From: an uncultured bacterium
GTDB taxonomy: Bacteria > Hydrogenedentota > CAZGCA01
Length of the DNA: 64,000 nucleotides
Assembly: GCA_964524145.1 (NCBI GenBank)
Contig: CAZGCA010000005.1
Coordinates: 31,038 to 95,037, forward strand
Reading direction: 5' to 3'
Shown here: piece by piece, positions 17,101 through 25,153 of the stretch
How the letters are laid out: every line of letters starts with the position of its first letter
Position numbering within the stretch: position 1 is the stretch's first letter
Translations under genes and position numbers: made by a program
The notes under the pieces: model-generated
What the model saw: only the letters and a program-made list of their open reading frames with translations
The model's database searches: none
What the model was told of the DNA's origin: nothing

Positions 17101-19117
17101 CTGAGAACGTGTCTCTCGCGTCCGGAATCGTGTCGGGTACACTATCCTGGACGTAGTAGTAACCGGGGATAGTCACCTCTTGGGGTAACACGAAGCCGGA
17201 TCTCCAGACGTCGTTAGTCGAAGTGGGACCCGAAGAGCCGCATGTCCCTCCGCCTAACACCCATAACATGTTCTGAAACGCCACCGCTCCATGCCCCCAG
17301 CGGTACGACCACGGTGCATAAGCCCTTTCTTGCGTCCATGTTATGCCGTCTGGGCTGCTCCAGATATCTCTCATGGCAACATCGCTACAGTATTGTGGGT
17401 GGCTCCAATCTCCGTGTCCGCCCAGTACCCATAGTTTCTCCTGGAACGCCACCACCCTATGGCTCCCGCGCCCAGACCAGCCTGCGTCAGCCGTTTCTAG
17501 CGTCCATGTCCTGCCGTCCGGGCTGCTCCAGACGTCGTTCTTATAGCTACCTCCCAACACCCACAACTTGTTCTGGAGCACCACCGCCTGATGGCCCGCA
17601 CGCCTCCCGCAGCCTGCATCAGCCGTTTCCAGCGTCCATGTCCTGCCGTCCGGGCTGCTCCAGACCTCCTTCTGGGCTCCGTAGTACTCGGGTCCTCCCG
17701 GATTTCCAGCTCCGCCTAACACCCACATCTTGTTCTGGAACACAACCGCCTGATGGCCAGCGCGCCCCGGCCATTCTGCGTCAGCCGTTTCCAGTGTCCA
17801 TGTCCTGCCGTCCGGGCTACTCCAGACGTCGTTCCGATAGCCACCACCTCCCAGCACCCACACCTTATTGTGGAACACAACCGCCGGAGCCGCCGCCCAT
17901 TCTGCGTCAGCCGTTTCCAGTGTCCATGTCCTGCCGTCCGGGCTACCCCAGACGTCGTTCCGATAGCCATCACCTCCCAGCACCCACAATTTGTTCTGGA
18001 ACACCACTACCTCGTGCGCTCGCCGAGGCGACCAGCCTGCGACCGCCGTTTCCATCGTCCAACTTTTCCCGTTAGCCGCGGTTCCGATCTGTGCCTGAAA
18101 CACCTTGTTTGACGAGGGGGTGTGCGTGTCGGGGTGGGATGGGCTGTAGACATATAACCCATCGAGGTACACATTAACGTGGTGGTTCCTCTGCGACCCG
18201 TCGATGATCTGGCGGTCTGTCCCGATGACGGCGATATGGAAGTACCACGCGCCGGTGTTTGTCGCCGTATACTGGACGGTCTTCGGGTCGGCCGCGTCGC
18301 GGAAAGTTCCGCCGGTATCCACGACGGTATACCCGCTCTGATCCATGACCCATAGATAGCCATAGAGGTCTGCCCCTGCCATATAGTTTGTATAATCCAC
18401 GGTCACATCCGGACTGCAATACCATTTAGTGCTGTCCGGATGACTGGGCGAATACAGCGGCAGACGGTCCTGGAACCAGTCCGGGACGCCATCGCCGTCA
18501 GCGTCTTCAAACCCGTCGGAGACACCGTTGCCGTTCAGGTCCTGGTAGGCGTCGGGGATGCCGTTACCGTCGATGTCCTCGAAGCCGTCTGGTAGACCGT
18601 TGCCGTCGAAATCCTGGGCCGCGTCGGTGGTACCGTCCTGATCGAGATCGAATATATCGTCCGGTGTGCCGTCATCGTCTACGTCCAACCATTCCAGTCT
18701 GGTGTCTATCTCGAACAGGTCTGATTCGGGCACGCTGCTGCCGCCCGCAGCCGGAACGCTTTCCAGAAGCACCGCCGCTTCAGCGATCTGGCGTTCCGGG
18801 TGATCGTTGTAAACATGCCAGACGACCATGTTGTCCTGGCCCGGCTGGACATCATCGCCTATGTCGCCATAGACAGTACTGGCGGTAAGGTCGTACGAGA
18901 GTGCGCCATCGTCGCTGGCCGACAGACTCAGTGTCACCGGCCCTGACGGCGTGACGGACAGATCATAAAAGATGCGTACGAAACTACCGTATTGTTCTGC
19001 TTCAACATAGGTAATCTCGACCGTTTGCGCATGGACGGAACTTGTCCTCCCCAACACGGCAAATACCATAACCGACAGGACTAAACCACGCGCTAAGAAA
19101 CGACATGCCGATTTCAT
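14186..19117 (-). CDS. Giant secreted surface protein (about 1640 aa) with TSP3-like Ca-binding repeats, a Kelch beta-propeller, Ig-like modules and a C-terminal double dockerin
   Basis: Signal peptide MKSACRFLARGLVLSVMVFAVLGRTSSVHA. D-x-D-x-D-G repeats (DVDDDGTPDD...DQDGTTD...DGNGLPDG...). Six or more Kelch-like units (VVFQNKLWVLGG...RNDVWSSPDGRTWT). Three ~85-aa near-identical Ig-like modules. It ends in two dockerin type-I segments (DVNGDGQVNALDVQLVINAALALI). Confidence 0.75.
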   Translation of the reverse strand: MKSACRFLARGLVLSVMVFAVLGRTSSVHAQTVEITYVEAEQYGSFVRIFYDLSVTPSGPVTLSLSASDDGALSYDLTASTVYGDIGDDVQPGQDNMVVWHVYNDHPERQIAEAAVLLESVPAAGGSSVPESDLFEIDTRLEWLDVDDDGTPDDIFDLDQDGTTDAAQDFDGNGLPDGFEDIDGNGIPDAYQDLNGNGVSDGFEDADGDGVPDWFQDRLPLYSPSHPDSTKWYCSPDVTVDYTNYMAGADLYGYLWVMDQSGYTVVDTGGTFRDAADPKTVQYTATNTGAWYFHIAVIGTDRQIIDGSQRNHHVNVYLDGLYVYSPSHPDTHTPSSNKVFQAQIGTAANGKSWTMETAVAGWSPRRAHEVVVFQNKLWVLGGDGYRNDVWGSPDGRTWTLETADAEWAAAPAVVFHNKVWVLGGGGYRNDVWSSPDGRTWTLETADAEWPGRAGHQAVVFQNKMWVLGGAGNPGGPEYYGAQKEVWSSPDGRTWTLETADAGCGRRAGHQAVVLQNKLWVLGGSYKNDVWSSPDGRTWTLETADAGWSGRGSHRVVAFQEKLWVLGGHGDWSHPQYCSDVAMRDIWSSPDGITWTQERAYAPWSYRWGHGAVAFQNMLWVLGGGTCGSSGPTSTNDVWRSGFVLPQEVTIPGYYYVQDSVPDTIPDARDTFSESALITITPGLAPGTYWFHVVAMDAAGTLSAPAHYKFIVTDAPPVVSSPTHPDENTRGSGVEVTFEWTDGGVPDVVKYWYAWGTSEGATPSTTTTETSVTFGCVESGVHWFLVQSEDTWGYLSPVAERKVTVGATPGPVVTSSTHVDPHTAYAARDVALAWTPAPASGAPYYYVWDRSPYSVPTAGSTSTAEATLEVTNLSLGRYFLHLIATDDCGHLTAPTHFAVRIREARPPHVQVIPTSNTSNIGFAWTDPDSFATGTPKFHLAFDQTVSTTVTAVSPDSTDLYTWNEFGKPDGVYYFHIVSQDVHGNLSAQGDYTIVVGDEMVGLSAPSETITKSGPVYYTVTYPGATSVNLAAGNVTLNKTGTANGTVTVEDTAEPLAKKIVISNITGDGTLGITIAAGTATYAGSTTAPAIGPSGTFTVDNTPPVLTITGPVPTATASGPVEYILTYEGATDILLEAADVTLVSAPENAAGATVELSGDGNTTRTVTLTNCWGEGRLHIEVAAGTAWDTAGGYANAATGASVTVDSVPPTGGITINGGAAWTDSRNVTLALAYSDGNGSGVAQMRFSNNGSDWSSWETVATSKTWTLYAFDEGKTVYAQFKDNAGNVSATATDTISLDTTAPTGTVTIDGGADWTSSSDVTLTLSSGDGSGSGVSDMRFSNDGTNWSSWEAVGTGKTWTLSAGDGPKIVYAQFRDAADNISQTVTDGINLDTTGPTGTIVINSGATYTNTLDVTVGLTASDGTNGIGVADMRLSSDGTTWDEWEDFSASTPWTLTAGDGEKTVYVQFRDTLGNTSTSFSDTIVLDTVPPTVSIGEPSAEFTATREITYTVTYGEADNVVLTWNDVVLNRTDTANGVVTVSGAGNTTRTVTISNISGGGTLSISLGADTASDAAGNLAPAAGPSDPVTVFNCNINGDDHIDALDVQLVINAALGIDIGNFDADVNGDGQVNALDVQLVINAALALI
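17250..18070. repeat. Tandem near-identical 126-135-bp coding repeats (Kelch units) inside the giant surface protein gene
   Basis: Repeated DNA blocks such as cagccgtttccagtgtccatgtcctgccgtccgggctactccagacgtcgttccgatagcc recur with a few mismatches. The antisense ORF 17242..18075 also shows a periodic peptide. Confidence 0.8.
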
Positions 19118-19340
19118 AGAATATCCCTCCCGATAACCTGATTGAAGCACCTTCTCATATCCAAGCAATTACATTACTGTACTCGACTATAAACCAAAGC
19201 ACCTCCTACGTCAAGCATCGCGCCGGTAGTCCCGAGACATGGGTGATGTCCAGGTGCCCACAAACTGGCGGCGGGGGGAAGATAGGTGTTATAATTCAAT
19301 AAAGAGACCGAAACGCTTAGAAAACCAGGGGGTGATAACG

Positions 19341-20501
19341 ATGATATTCGGAAAACAAGCCGGTAAGACCCGGCGGGCAGTGGCTTGTGTGGCTGGGCTG
19401 TGTTTGATCGCAGCGCTGTTCACCGTTTCGGCCGCTGCACAACCCGGCAAGATGCGTATGCCCGCTGGCCGGGACAGCGGCGACCAGAACGCGTATAGCA
19501 CGCAACAGCAAGGGGTTACGAACGTCTCTGCGGGTTCGCGGGGTTCGTTCGTGCCCGGGGTCCAGCGTGATGCCGCACGTGCGGGAGCACCGCACACAAA
19601 ATACCGGGTGCCGCCTCAGGCACCCCCGGCTCCTGTGCGTCCAAACCCGATTCCCCCACCTCAGCCGCAGTCCCGAACCGTAATACCGGCGGTTCCCGGC
19701 TCGACCCCAACCGTCATACCGAGAGGGACGCCACCCACGATCGAGCCACGGGGTCACGGCAGCGTACCGAACAGGCCTCGCTCCGGGCCGGGTTATCATC
19801 CGAGGCGTCCGTATCGGCGCGGGGATGCGTACAACCCGTTCAGGCTTGGCGGATGGCGTGGCTGGAACTGGAACACGTACTACCACTCGCCCTTGAACCA
19901 AGGGTACACCTACTACTATCTCGGCGGCGTCCCCATGTACTACGGTTCTCCGGTCGTCGTCTACCCTGATTCCTGGTATCGCAGGGAAACGCCCGGCACG
20001 ACGGTCATTCCTCGGGTGGATCCGGTCAGACCTTCCAGCTTTGCCTCGTTTCACGATTATCTTGTCATTGAAGGAGACAAGCTGATCGCTGCCGGCAACT
20101 ACACAGAGGCGGCTGAGAAATACCGAACCGCGACATCTCAACAGCCTGAGAACGCCCGGACAAAAGTCGCCCTGGCGAACGCGCTGTTTGCTTCAGGCAA
20201 CTACGAGTTTGCCACGGAGGTGCTGCGCAAGTCGCTTCTCTGTCTCGCCGACAACGAACCGTTGCCGAACCCCGTGGGAACGTTTCCCACCAACGAAACC
20301 TTCGTGACGCTGATTCGCAAACTCGAGAGCCGCGCAGCGCTCCGTCCGGGAGATGGCTCGTTACGGTTGCTTCTCGGGTTCTACTACCTGTGCTCCGGCA
20401 GGACGGACTCCGCCATCAGCGAGCTACAGGAAACGGTGTCGCGCGACAAAGAGGACCTCGAGGCGGCATACCTGCTGCGCGTTGCACAACGGCACGGTTG
20501 A
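19341..20501 (+). CDS. Secreted Pro/Tyr/Gly-rich protein with C-terminal TPR repeats
   Basis: RBS aggggg lies 9 bp upstream of ATG 19341. Signal peptide MIFGKQAGKTRRAVACVAGLCLIAALFTVSAAAQ. The C-terminus has TPR-like helices. Confidence 0.5.
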   Translation: MIFGKQAGKTRRAVACVAGLCLIAALFTVSAAAQPGKMRMPAGRDSGDQNAYSTQQQGVTNVSAGSRGSFVPGVQRDAARAGAPHTKYRVPPQAPPAPVRPNPIPPPQPQSRTVIPAVPGSTPTVIPRGTPPTIEPRGHGSVPNRPRSGPGYHPRRPYRRGDAYNPFRLGGWRGWNWNTYYHSPLNQGYTYYYLGGVPMYYGSPVVVYPDSWYRRETPGTTVIPRVDPVRPSSFASFHDYLVIEGDKLIAAGNYTEAAEKYRTATSQQPENARTKVALANALFASGNYEFATEVLRKSLLCLADNEPLPNPVGTFPTNETFVTLIRKLESRAALRPGDGSLRLLLGFYYLCSGRTDSAISELQETVSRDKEDLEAAYLLRVAQRHG

Positions 20502-20508
20502 GCGCGCC

Positions 20509-21372
20509 TTACCGTGCGAAGCTCATGATGAGCGAGCCGACGAGGCGGTTCCATCCGTCGGCGAGCACAAACATGATCACCTTGAAGGGGAGCGAGATGA
20601 AGATCGGGGGAAGCATAAACATGCCCATAGACATGAGCGTGCTGGCGACGACCATGTCTATGATCAGGAACGGTATGTAGAGCATGAACCCGATCTCGAA
20701 CGCTATCCGCAGCTCGCTGATGACGAAGGCGGGTATCAGCACGTGTGTGGGCACGTCGTCGAGCGTGTTGGGTCTTTCGATCTCCGAGAGCCGGACAAAC
20801 AGCAGGAGATCGCGCTCGCGCGTCTGGCGGAACATGAACTCTCTGATGGGGGTGAGGGCACGGTCGAACGCCTCGGCTTGCGTAATCTCCTGAGCCATGT
20901 ACGGCTGGAACGCGTCGACGTTGACCTGTTGCCATGTGGGCGCCATCACGAAAAACGTCAGAAATAGCGCCAGCCCCACGAGCACCTGGTTAGGCGGCAT
21001 CTGCTGGGTGGCGAGCGCTTGGCGGAGGAACCCGAGCACGACGATGATCCGGGTGAACGAGGTCATCATCACGAGGATAGCGGGTGCGAGCGCCAGGATG
21101 GTTACGAGAAAGAACACCTGGAACGCGGTCATGACCTGCTGCGGTGTTTCGGCAGTGGCGACCTCGAGACCGACCCTTGGTATGGGTATGGGAGCCGCTT
21201 CTTGCGCCAGCGCCGAAGAATGAGGGAGAGCGAACACCAACACAGCAAGCGCCGCCGCCAACAGCAAGGTGGAACGTAAAGGGTGAAAAGAAAGACGTAA
21301 GGCGTAAGGTGTGAGTTGCCGGCGAAACGGTGTCGATTTTACATTGTCAGTTGTCCGTTTCAGATTTTGCAT
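20509..21372 (-). CDS. fliP: Flagellar biosynthetic protein FliP
   Basis: Signal peptide plus 4-TM core with the FliP signature ...[32 protein letters not shown]...[27 protein letters not shown]. The start is ambiguous: ATG 21372 (inside repeat copy A), ATG 21489 (copy B) or TTG 21495. Confidence 0.85.
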   Translation of the reverse strand: MQNLKRTTDNVKSTPFRRQLTPYALRLSFHPLRSTLLLAAALAVLVFALPHSSALAQEAAPIPIPRVGLEVATAETPQQVMTAFQVFFLVTILALAPAILVMMTSFTRIIVVLGFLRQALATQQMPPNQVLVGLALFLTFFVMAPTWQQVNVDAFQPYMAQEITQAEAFDRALTPIREFMFRQTRERDLLLFVRLSEIERPNTLDDVPTHVLIPAFVISELRIAFEIGFMLYIPFLIIDMVVASTLMSMGMFMLPPIFISLPFKVIMFVLADGWNRLVGSLIMSFAR

Positions 21373-21493
21373 TGCCGAACGTGAGGGTATGGTGGTAAGG
21401 CCTGACCGGAAACGTAGAACGTAAAGAGGGAGTCGCGGAGAAAACCTTCTGCATCTTACATTGTCAGTTGTCCGTTTCAGATTTTGCATTGCC
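21339..21493. repeat. Two copies of a 38-bp element (21339..21376 and 21456..21493) at the fliP 5' end. A related element lies upstream of fliF.
   Basis: ttacattgtcagttgtccgtttcagattttgcattgcc appears twice, 117 bp apart. On the gene strand each copy reads GCA-ATG-CAAAATCTGAAACGGACAACTGACAATG. Confidence 0.8.
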
Positions 21494-21504
21494 AAAGGGC
21501 TCGT

Positions 21505-22275
21505 CTAGCCCCGTTCCTCACCATCGATTCCCTCGGAAAACTCCTTTATCTTCTCAAGCTCGCTTCTAAGGTCTTCGAGATGTTCGGCCACCCCGAGTCT
21601 TTCTTCAACGGGCTTGCGGCGCTCGAACCGTTTGTGGAACCTGTCGAGGTATTTTCCAAACGCGGCCGAGGTCGGCTCGGTCTCGCCTGGGGCCACCCCG
21701 AATTCGGTAAGGACTTTCGGATCGGTTATCTCCGTGATGCACGATATGGCGTTCGGGGTGGTGCCGACAACGAGTATCCTGTCGGGAAGCCTGACCCAGT
21801 AGAGCGAGGTCTTGGGAGCAAGTTGCATGCGGCCAATTATCTTGCCGAAACGTTGGTCGAGCAGAAACGTGCTCTTGCCGCCGAACTTCTTCACCAGATA
21901 CACCACGAAAAAGAAGCCGCCCAGCACAACAACAAGGGCTATGGACATTCTGACAAGGTCTTTGAACGCACTCGGTTCAACGCCGGTTTCGGCAGCAGTC
22001 TCGCGACCCGCGTAGTACTCCTCGAGTGTGAGCGATCCCTCGGTACCGAGAGCCTCCTCAGCGTCCCAGGTCTCTTCGGGTTGCAGTGCGGACTCGTCTT
22101 CGAGCGCGTCGTCAGCAATGACGGCAGCGGCGTCGGGCGCCTCTTCCTGCGCAACGGCACACGCGGCGACTGCCACAGCCGCAACGCACAATCCAACGTA
22201 ACGTAACGGTGCAGGTAGTCTGGGTCTAAGAACCATCACCTTTTCCTTCAGTGTCTTGGACCTGTTCTTCTTCAC
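21505..22275 (-). CDS. FliO/FliZ-family flagellar biosynthesis protein (putative)
   Basis: Single TM (MSIALVVVLGGFFFVVYLV) and an acidic N-terminal region. Positioned between fliN and fliP as in the Bacillus fla/che operon (fliZ/fliO). Confidence 0.45.
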   Translation of the reverse strand: MKKNRSKTLKEKVMVLRPRLPAPLRYVGLCVAAVAVAACAVAQEEAPDAAAVIADDALEDESALQPEETWDAEEALGTEGSLTLEEYYAGRETAAETGVEPSAFKDLVRMSIALVVVLGGFFFVVYLVKKFGGKSTFLLDQRFGKIIGRMQLAPKTSLYWVRLPDRILVVGTTPNAISCITEITDPKVLTEFGVAPGETEPTSAAFGKYLDRFHKRFERRKPVEERLGVAEHLEDLRSELEKIKEFSEGIDGEERG

Positions 22276-22621
22276 CCGGTTCGGCAGCGATAGTCGTCAA
22301 CCTCACAGCGAGCATATCGGCGATGACCACAATCTCGCCTCTGGCAAGGAACACGTCATTGACGAAGACATCGACCGTCTCACCAGCAAGTTTGTCAAGC
22401 TGTATGACGGCACCCTTGCGCATGTTAAGCACGTTGCGGACCAGCAACTTTGCACGGCCGAGCTCGACCGTGACTCTCAGCTTGACATCCGAGAGCATCT
22501 TGACATCTCTTGACGGACGGGCCTGCGACGTCGCATCCTGAATGGGCTCGAGTTCGGCCGGATCGTCTTTCACGACCGGGATGTCAGGTCCTGTCAGGAT
22601 AGGTCCCTTCTCAGTGGTCAA
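22226..22621 (-). CDS. fliN: Flagellar motor switch protein FliN (SpoA domain)
   Basis: VKLRVTVELGRAKLLVRNVLNMRKGAVIQLDKLAGETVDVFVNDVFLARGEIVV is the FliN/SpoA surface-presentation motif. Confidence 0.8.
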   Translation of the reverse strand: MTTEKGPILTGPDIPVVKDDPAELEPIQDATSQARPSRDVKMLSDVKLRVTVELGRAKLLVRNVLNMRKGAVIQLDKLAGETVDVFVNDVFLARGEIVVIADMLAVRLTTIAAEPGEEEQVQDTEGKGDGS

Positions 22622-22636
22622 TGGTATCTCCCTCCG

Positions 22637-23158
22637 CTACTGAATGGCGAACGAATTGAACCGGACAGCAGTAACCGCCTCGTAGCCGAGCTCCGCATTG
22701 ATCTTATCAACCATCTCCTTGCTGAGCCGCTGTTTGGCTTCAGTACTCTTTAATTGGTCGAACCTCTTGTCGGAAAGCAGCAGGATGAGCGTGTGTTTCA
22801 CCTGTGAGAGGATGGGATCGTCATCGTTCTCGAACCTCGTTTTCAGTTCGGGACTGGCCAGCGTGAGCTGTGGGTCGATTTGCAGGTACCGGTCAATGCC
22901 GCCGTGGTCAATGTTGGCTATAATCGAGCCCACATTATAGACCACTTGGGTTCCCTCCGGCTCGGAGCCCAGGATCGCTTCCAGTTCCTCCTCACTGTCC
23001 GGAGGTCCAAGCATGGGGATGAGAACGAGAAACACCACGGCACATGCCGCCCCGGCGCATCCGATAATCACGACTGCAAAGATGACCATCTTGATCATCC
23101 CCCCACCTTTCTTCTCAGTGGGTTGTTCTGGTGCTTCGTCTACCTCTTCTCCGGCCAT
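22637..23158 (-). CDS. fliL: Flagellar basal-body-associated protein FliL
   Basis: Single TM followed by YNVGSIIANIDHGGIDRYLQIDPQLTL, which is FliL-like. Located downstream of motB as in spirochaete/Firmicute operons. Confidence 0.65.
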   Translation of the reverse strand: MAGEEVDEAPEQPTEKKGGGMIKMVIFAVVIIGCAGAACAVVFLVLIPMLGPPDSEEELEAILGSEPEGTQVVYNVGSIIANIDHGGIDRYLQIDPQLTLASPELKTRFENDDDPILSQVKHTLILLLSDKRFDQLKSTEAKQRLSKEMVDKINAELGYEAVTAVRFNSFAIQ

Positions 23159-23198
23159 CTCACATTCCTCCTGACAATCATCTTCGGTGCCACCGGCA

Positions 23199-23933
23199 TC
23201 ATGTCACCGGCTCCGGTTGTCCCGTCAGGCCTCTTGGCCTCACCGTGAGCTCGACCCGCCGATTCCTGGCTCTGCCGTCCGGCGTGTCATTCGTCGCAAC
23301 GGGACGGTTCTCGCCAAACCCCGATACGAACGTCGTGGCAGCGTCTATGTCCTCCTCGTCAATAAGATACCTCGCGACACTGACCGCGCGCGCAACCGAC
23401 AGCTCGAGGTTCGATGGAAATTCCTCGGTATGGATGGGCACATTATCTGTGTGTCCTTCAACGCCAATAACCCGGTCCGGAATCTCCTTGAGCATGCCGG
23501 TGACGTCAGTCAGTATTGGCGCCGCCCCGGGTTTCAGGTCGGCCTTACCTGTATCGAAGAGAACCGGGCTCTGGAGCGTGACCTTAATGCCGCCCCGTTC
23601 AATCTGCGTGACCCGCACCTTACCTTCCAACCCGTGGACCTTAATGTACTTGGCGAGCCTGATAGCCGCGTCCTGCATTCTTCTTTGTACAGGCGGCTCG
23701 TAAATGGGCTTGATGAGCTGAAGCAACACCTCTTCCTTGTTGAGAACGCCGAGAGCCCCCTGGAGTGAGGCCATGGCCTTCTTGAACTCCTCCTCGTGGA
23801 TAGTCGAAAACGACAGAAGCAGCACGAAGAAGGTCAGTAGCAGGGTCATCAGGTCGCCGTACGTGACCATCCACCCAGGCGCGCCGCCCCCGCCGCCACC
23901 TTCATCGTCCCTGCCGCCTCTTGCTCTTGCCAT
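23199..23933 (-). CDS. motB: Flagellar motor stator protein MotB (OmpA-like C-terminal domain)
   Basis: WMVTYGDLMTLLLTFFVLLLSFS is the MotB plug/TM region. The C-terminus carries the OmpA-like peptidoglycan-binding motif (TDNVPIHTEEFPSNLELSVARAVSVARYL). Confidence 0.85.
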   Translation of the reverse strand: MARARGGRDDEGGGGGGAPGWMVTYGDLMTLLLTFFVLLLSFSTIHEEEFKKAMASLQGALGVLNKEEVLLQLIKPIYEPPVQRRMQDAAIRLAKYIKVHGLEGKVRVTQIERGGIKVTLQSPVLFDTGKADLKPGAAPILTDVTGMLKEIPDRVIGVEGHTDNVPIHTEEFPSNLELSVARAVSVARYLIDEEDIDAATTFVSGFGENRPVATNDTPDGRARNRRVELTVRPRGLTGQPEPVT

Positions 23934-23966
23934 CTCGGTAATCCAGGTCTTGTTCCGGCCCGCTCC

Positions 23967-24752
23967 CTACGCGCCCTCTTCGGCCGATGCCTCCGCAGGC
24001 TCACCTCTCATACTCGGAGCCACGAAAGCCTTCAACTTCTGCTCGACAACCCTCGGGTTGTCGCCGGATTGTATCGACAGAATGCCCTCGATGATAACCT
24101 CCTTTGTCAAAATCTCGGTGCGCGTTCTCACCTTCAGCTTGCCGGCTATCGGCAGGAATATAAGGTTTGCCACAAGCGCACCGTACAGCGTCGTGATCAG
24201 GGCAACCGCCATACCCTCTCCGATCTGCGACGGGTCCTCCATCGCAGCCAACATCGCGATGAGACCGATGAGGGTCCCTATCATCCCGAAAGCCGGCGCA
24301 TAATTGCCCATCGCTGCGAATATGCCCTGCCCCAAACTGTGCCTGTCTTCGAGAAATGCGAGTTCCGTCGTAAGTATGTCCTTGATAAGTTCGGGCGCAG
24401 TACCGTCAACGGCGAGCTGGATGCTCTTTTCGAGGAACTCGTCGCCCGCCTCGGCAGCCTGCTGTTCGAGTGCAAGAATTCCCTCGCGGCGAGCCACGGT
24501 CGCGAAGCCAACGATTTTGTCAATGACGATCGTCGGAGGGGACGCCTTGTGGAAGAAGGCGTTCCTCACAACCTTGACAACGCCGAGCACATCCTGGAGC
24601 GGAAAACTCACAAGGGTTGCCGCCACAGTGCCCCCCCCCACTATCAACAATGAAGGGATGTTTATGTACAGCTTCGGTTGTCCCCCAGTGAGTATCGCCA
24701 AGAATACGCACGCGACACCTGCTATTATGCCCAGTACGGTTGATATATCCAT
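23967..24752 (-). CDS. motA: Flagellar motor stator protein MotA
   Basis: MDISTVLGIIAGVACVFLAILTGG N-terminus, 4-TM MotA/TolQ/ExbB family, adjacent to motB. Confidence 0.85.
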   Translation of the reverse strand: MDISTVLGIIAGVACVFLAILTGGQPKLYINIPSLLIVGGGTVAATLVSFPLQDVLGVVKVVRNAFFHKASPPTIVIDKIVGFATVARREGILALEQQAAEAGDEFLEKSIQLAVDGTAPELIKDILTTELAFLEDRHSLGQGIFAAMGNYAPAFGMIGTLIGLIAMLAAMEDPSQIGEGMAVALITTLYGALVANLIFLPIAGKLKVRTRTEILTKEVIIEGILSIQSGDNPRVVEQKLKAFVAPSMRGEPAEASAEEGA

Positions 24753-24816
24753 CTCTTCCTAAAAGCCTCCAACCCCAGCGCCACCCTGCACGTCGCGCAA
24801 CGCTGCCGATAAATCC

Positions 24817-25050
24817 TTATTCAGAATCGTCCGCACCAAGAATGCCCGCCATGGTGTTCCAGGTATTGACGCTACGTTTATATTCTATCACTTTTCGCAG
24901 GACTTCGTCAACAGTTTCCTGCACCAACACCTTCTGGTCGTTCACCAGAGTTATTATTGTATCCGGGGTTGCCTCGACGAACTTTATGAGCTCGGCGTTT
25001 ACGTAGAGTTCGGTTTGATTAAGCCGTGTGAGGCGAATCATGTCGCCCAC
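24817..25050 (-). CDS. flbD: Flagellar protein FlbD
   Basis: MIRLTRLNQTELYVNAELIKFVEATPDTIITL matches the FlbD family (about 70 aa). It is found upstream of motA in spirochaetes and Firmicutes. Confidence 0.75.
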   Translation of the reverse strand: MGDMIRLTRLNQTELYVNAELIKFVEATPDTIITLVNDQKVLVQETVDEVLRKVIEYKRSVNTWNTMAGILGADDSE

Positions 25051-25153
25051 CGCCTTTCTGTTTGGCGCCGGGTGGGAGGCGGAAGGAACGCTGCCTTCCG
25101 CCTCTCCACCTCGACTGCCGTTACTACACTACCTCACGTCACTGTGACCGGGA

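Noticed and set aside
15590-17104. Plus-strand ORFs (15590..16378, 16397..17104, 17242..18075) inside the giant surface-protein gene
   Set aside because: They are antisense to a continuous 1640-aa frame with recognisable domains. They are Arg/Pro-rich, low-complexity translations of GC-rich antisense sequence, and 17242..18075 merely mirrors the Kelch DNA repeats.
17250-18070. Regularly spaced repeats considered as a possible CRISPR array
   Set aside because: The period is 126-135 bp, they are coding (Kelch units of a continuous ORF), and there is no spacer/repeat alternation.
21339-21493. Reading the 38-bp repeat and the fliF-upstream element as sigma-54 (-24 GG / -12 GC) promoters
   Set aside because: The best candidates (GGCATTTTGCATTGC, TGGAACCGTCCAACTTGC) have GG-to-GC spacings of 11-13 nt rather than 10, so they do not fit the consensus. 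They are reported as unexplained conserved elements instead.
21484-22206. 240-aa plus-strand ORF starting with TTG inside the 38-bp repeat
   Set aside because: It is antisense to the FliO/FliZ-like gene and has no motifs or RBS. The minus-strand flagellar genes are coherent.
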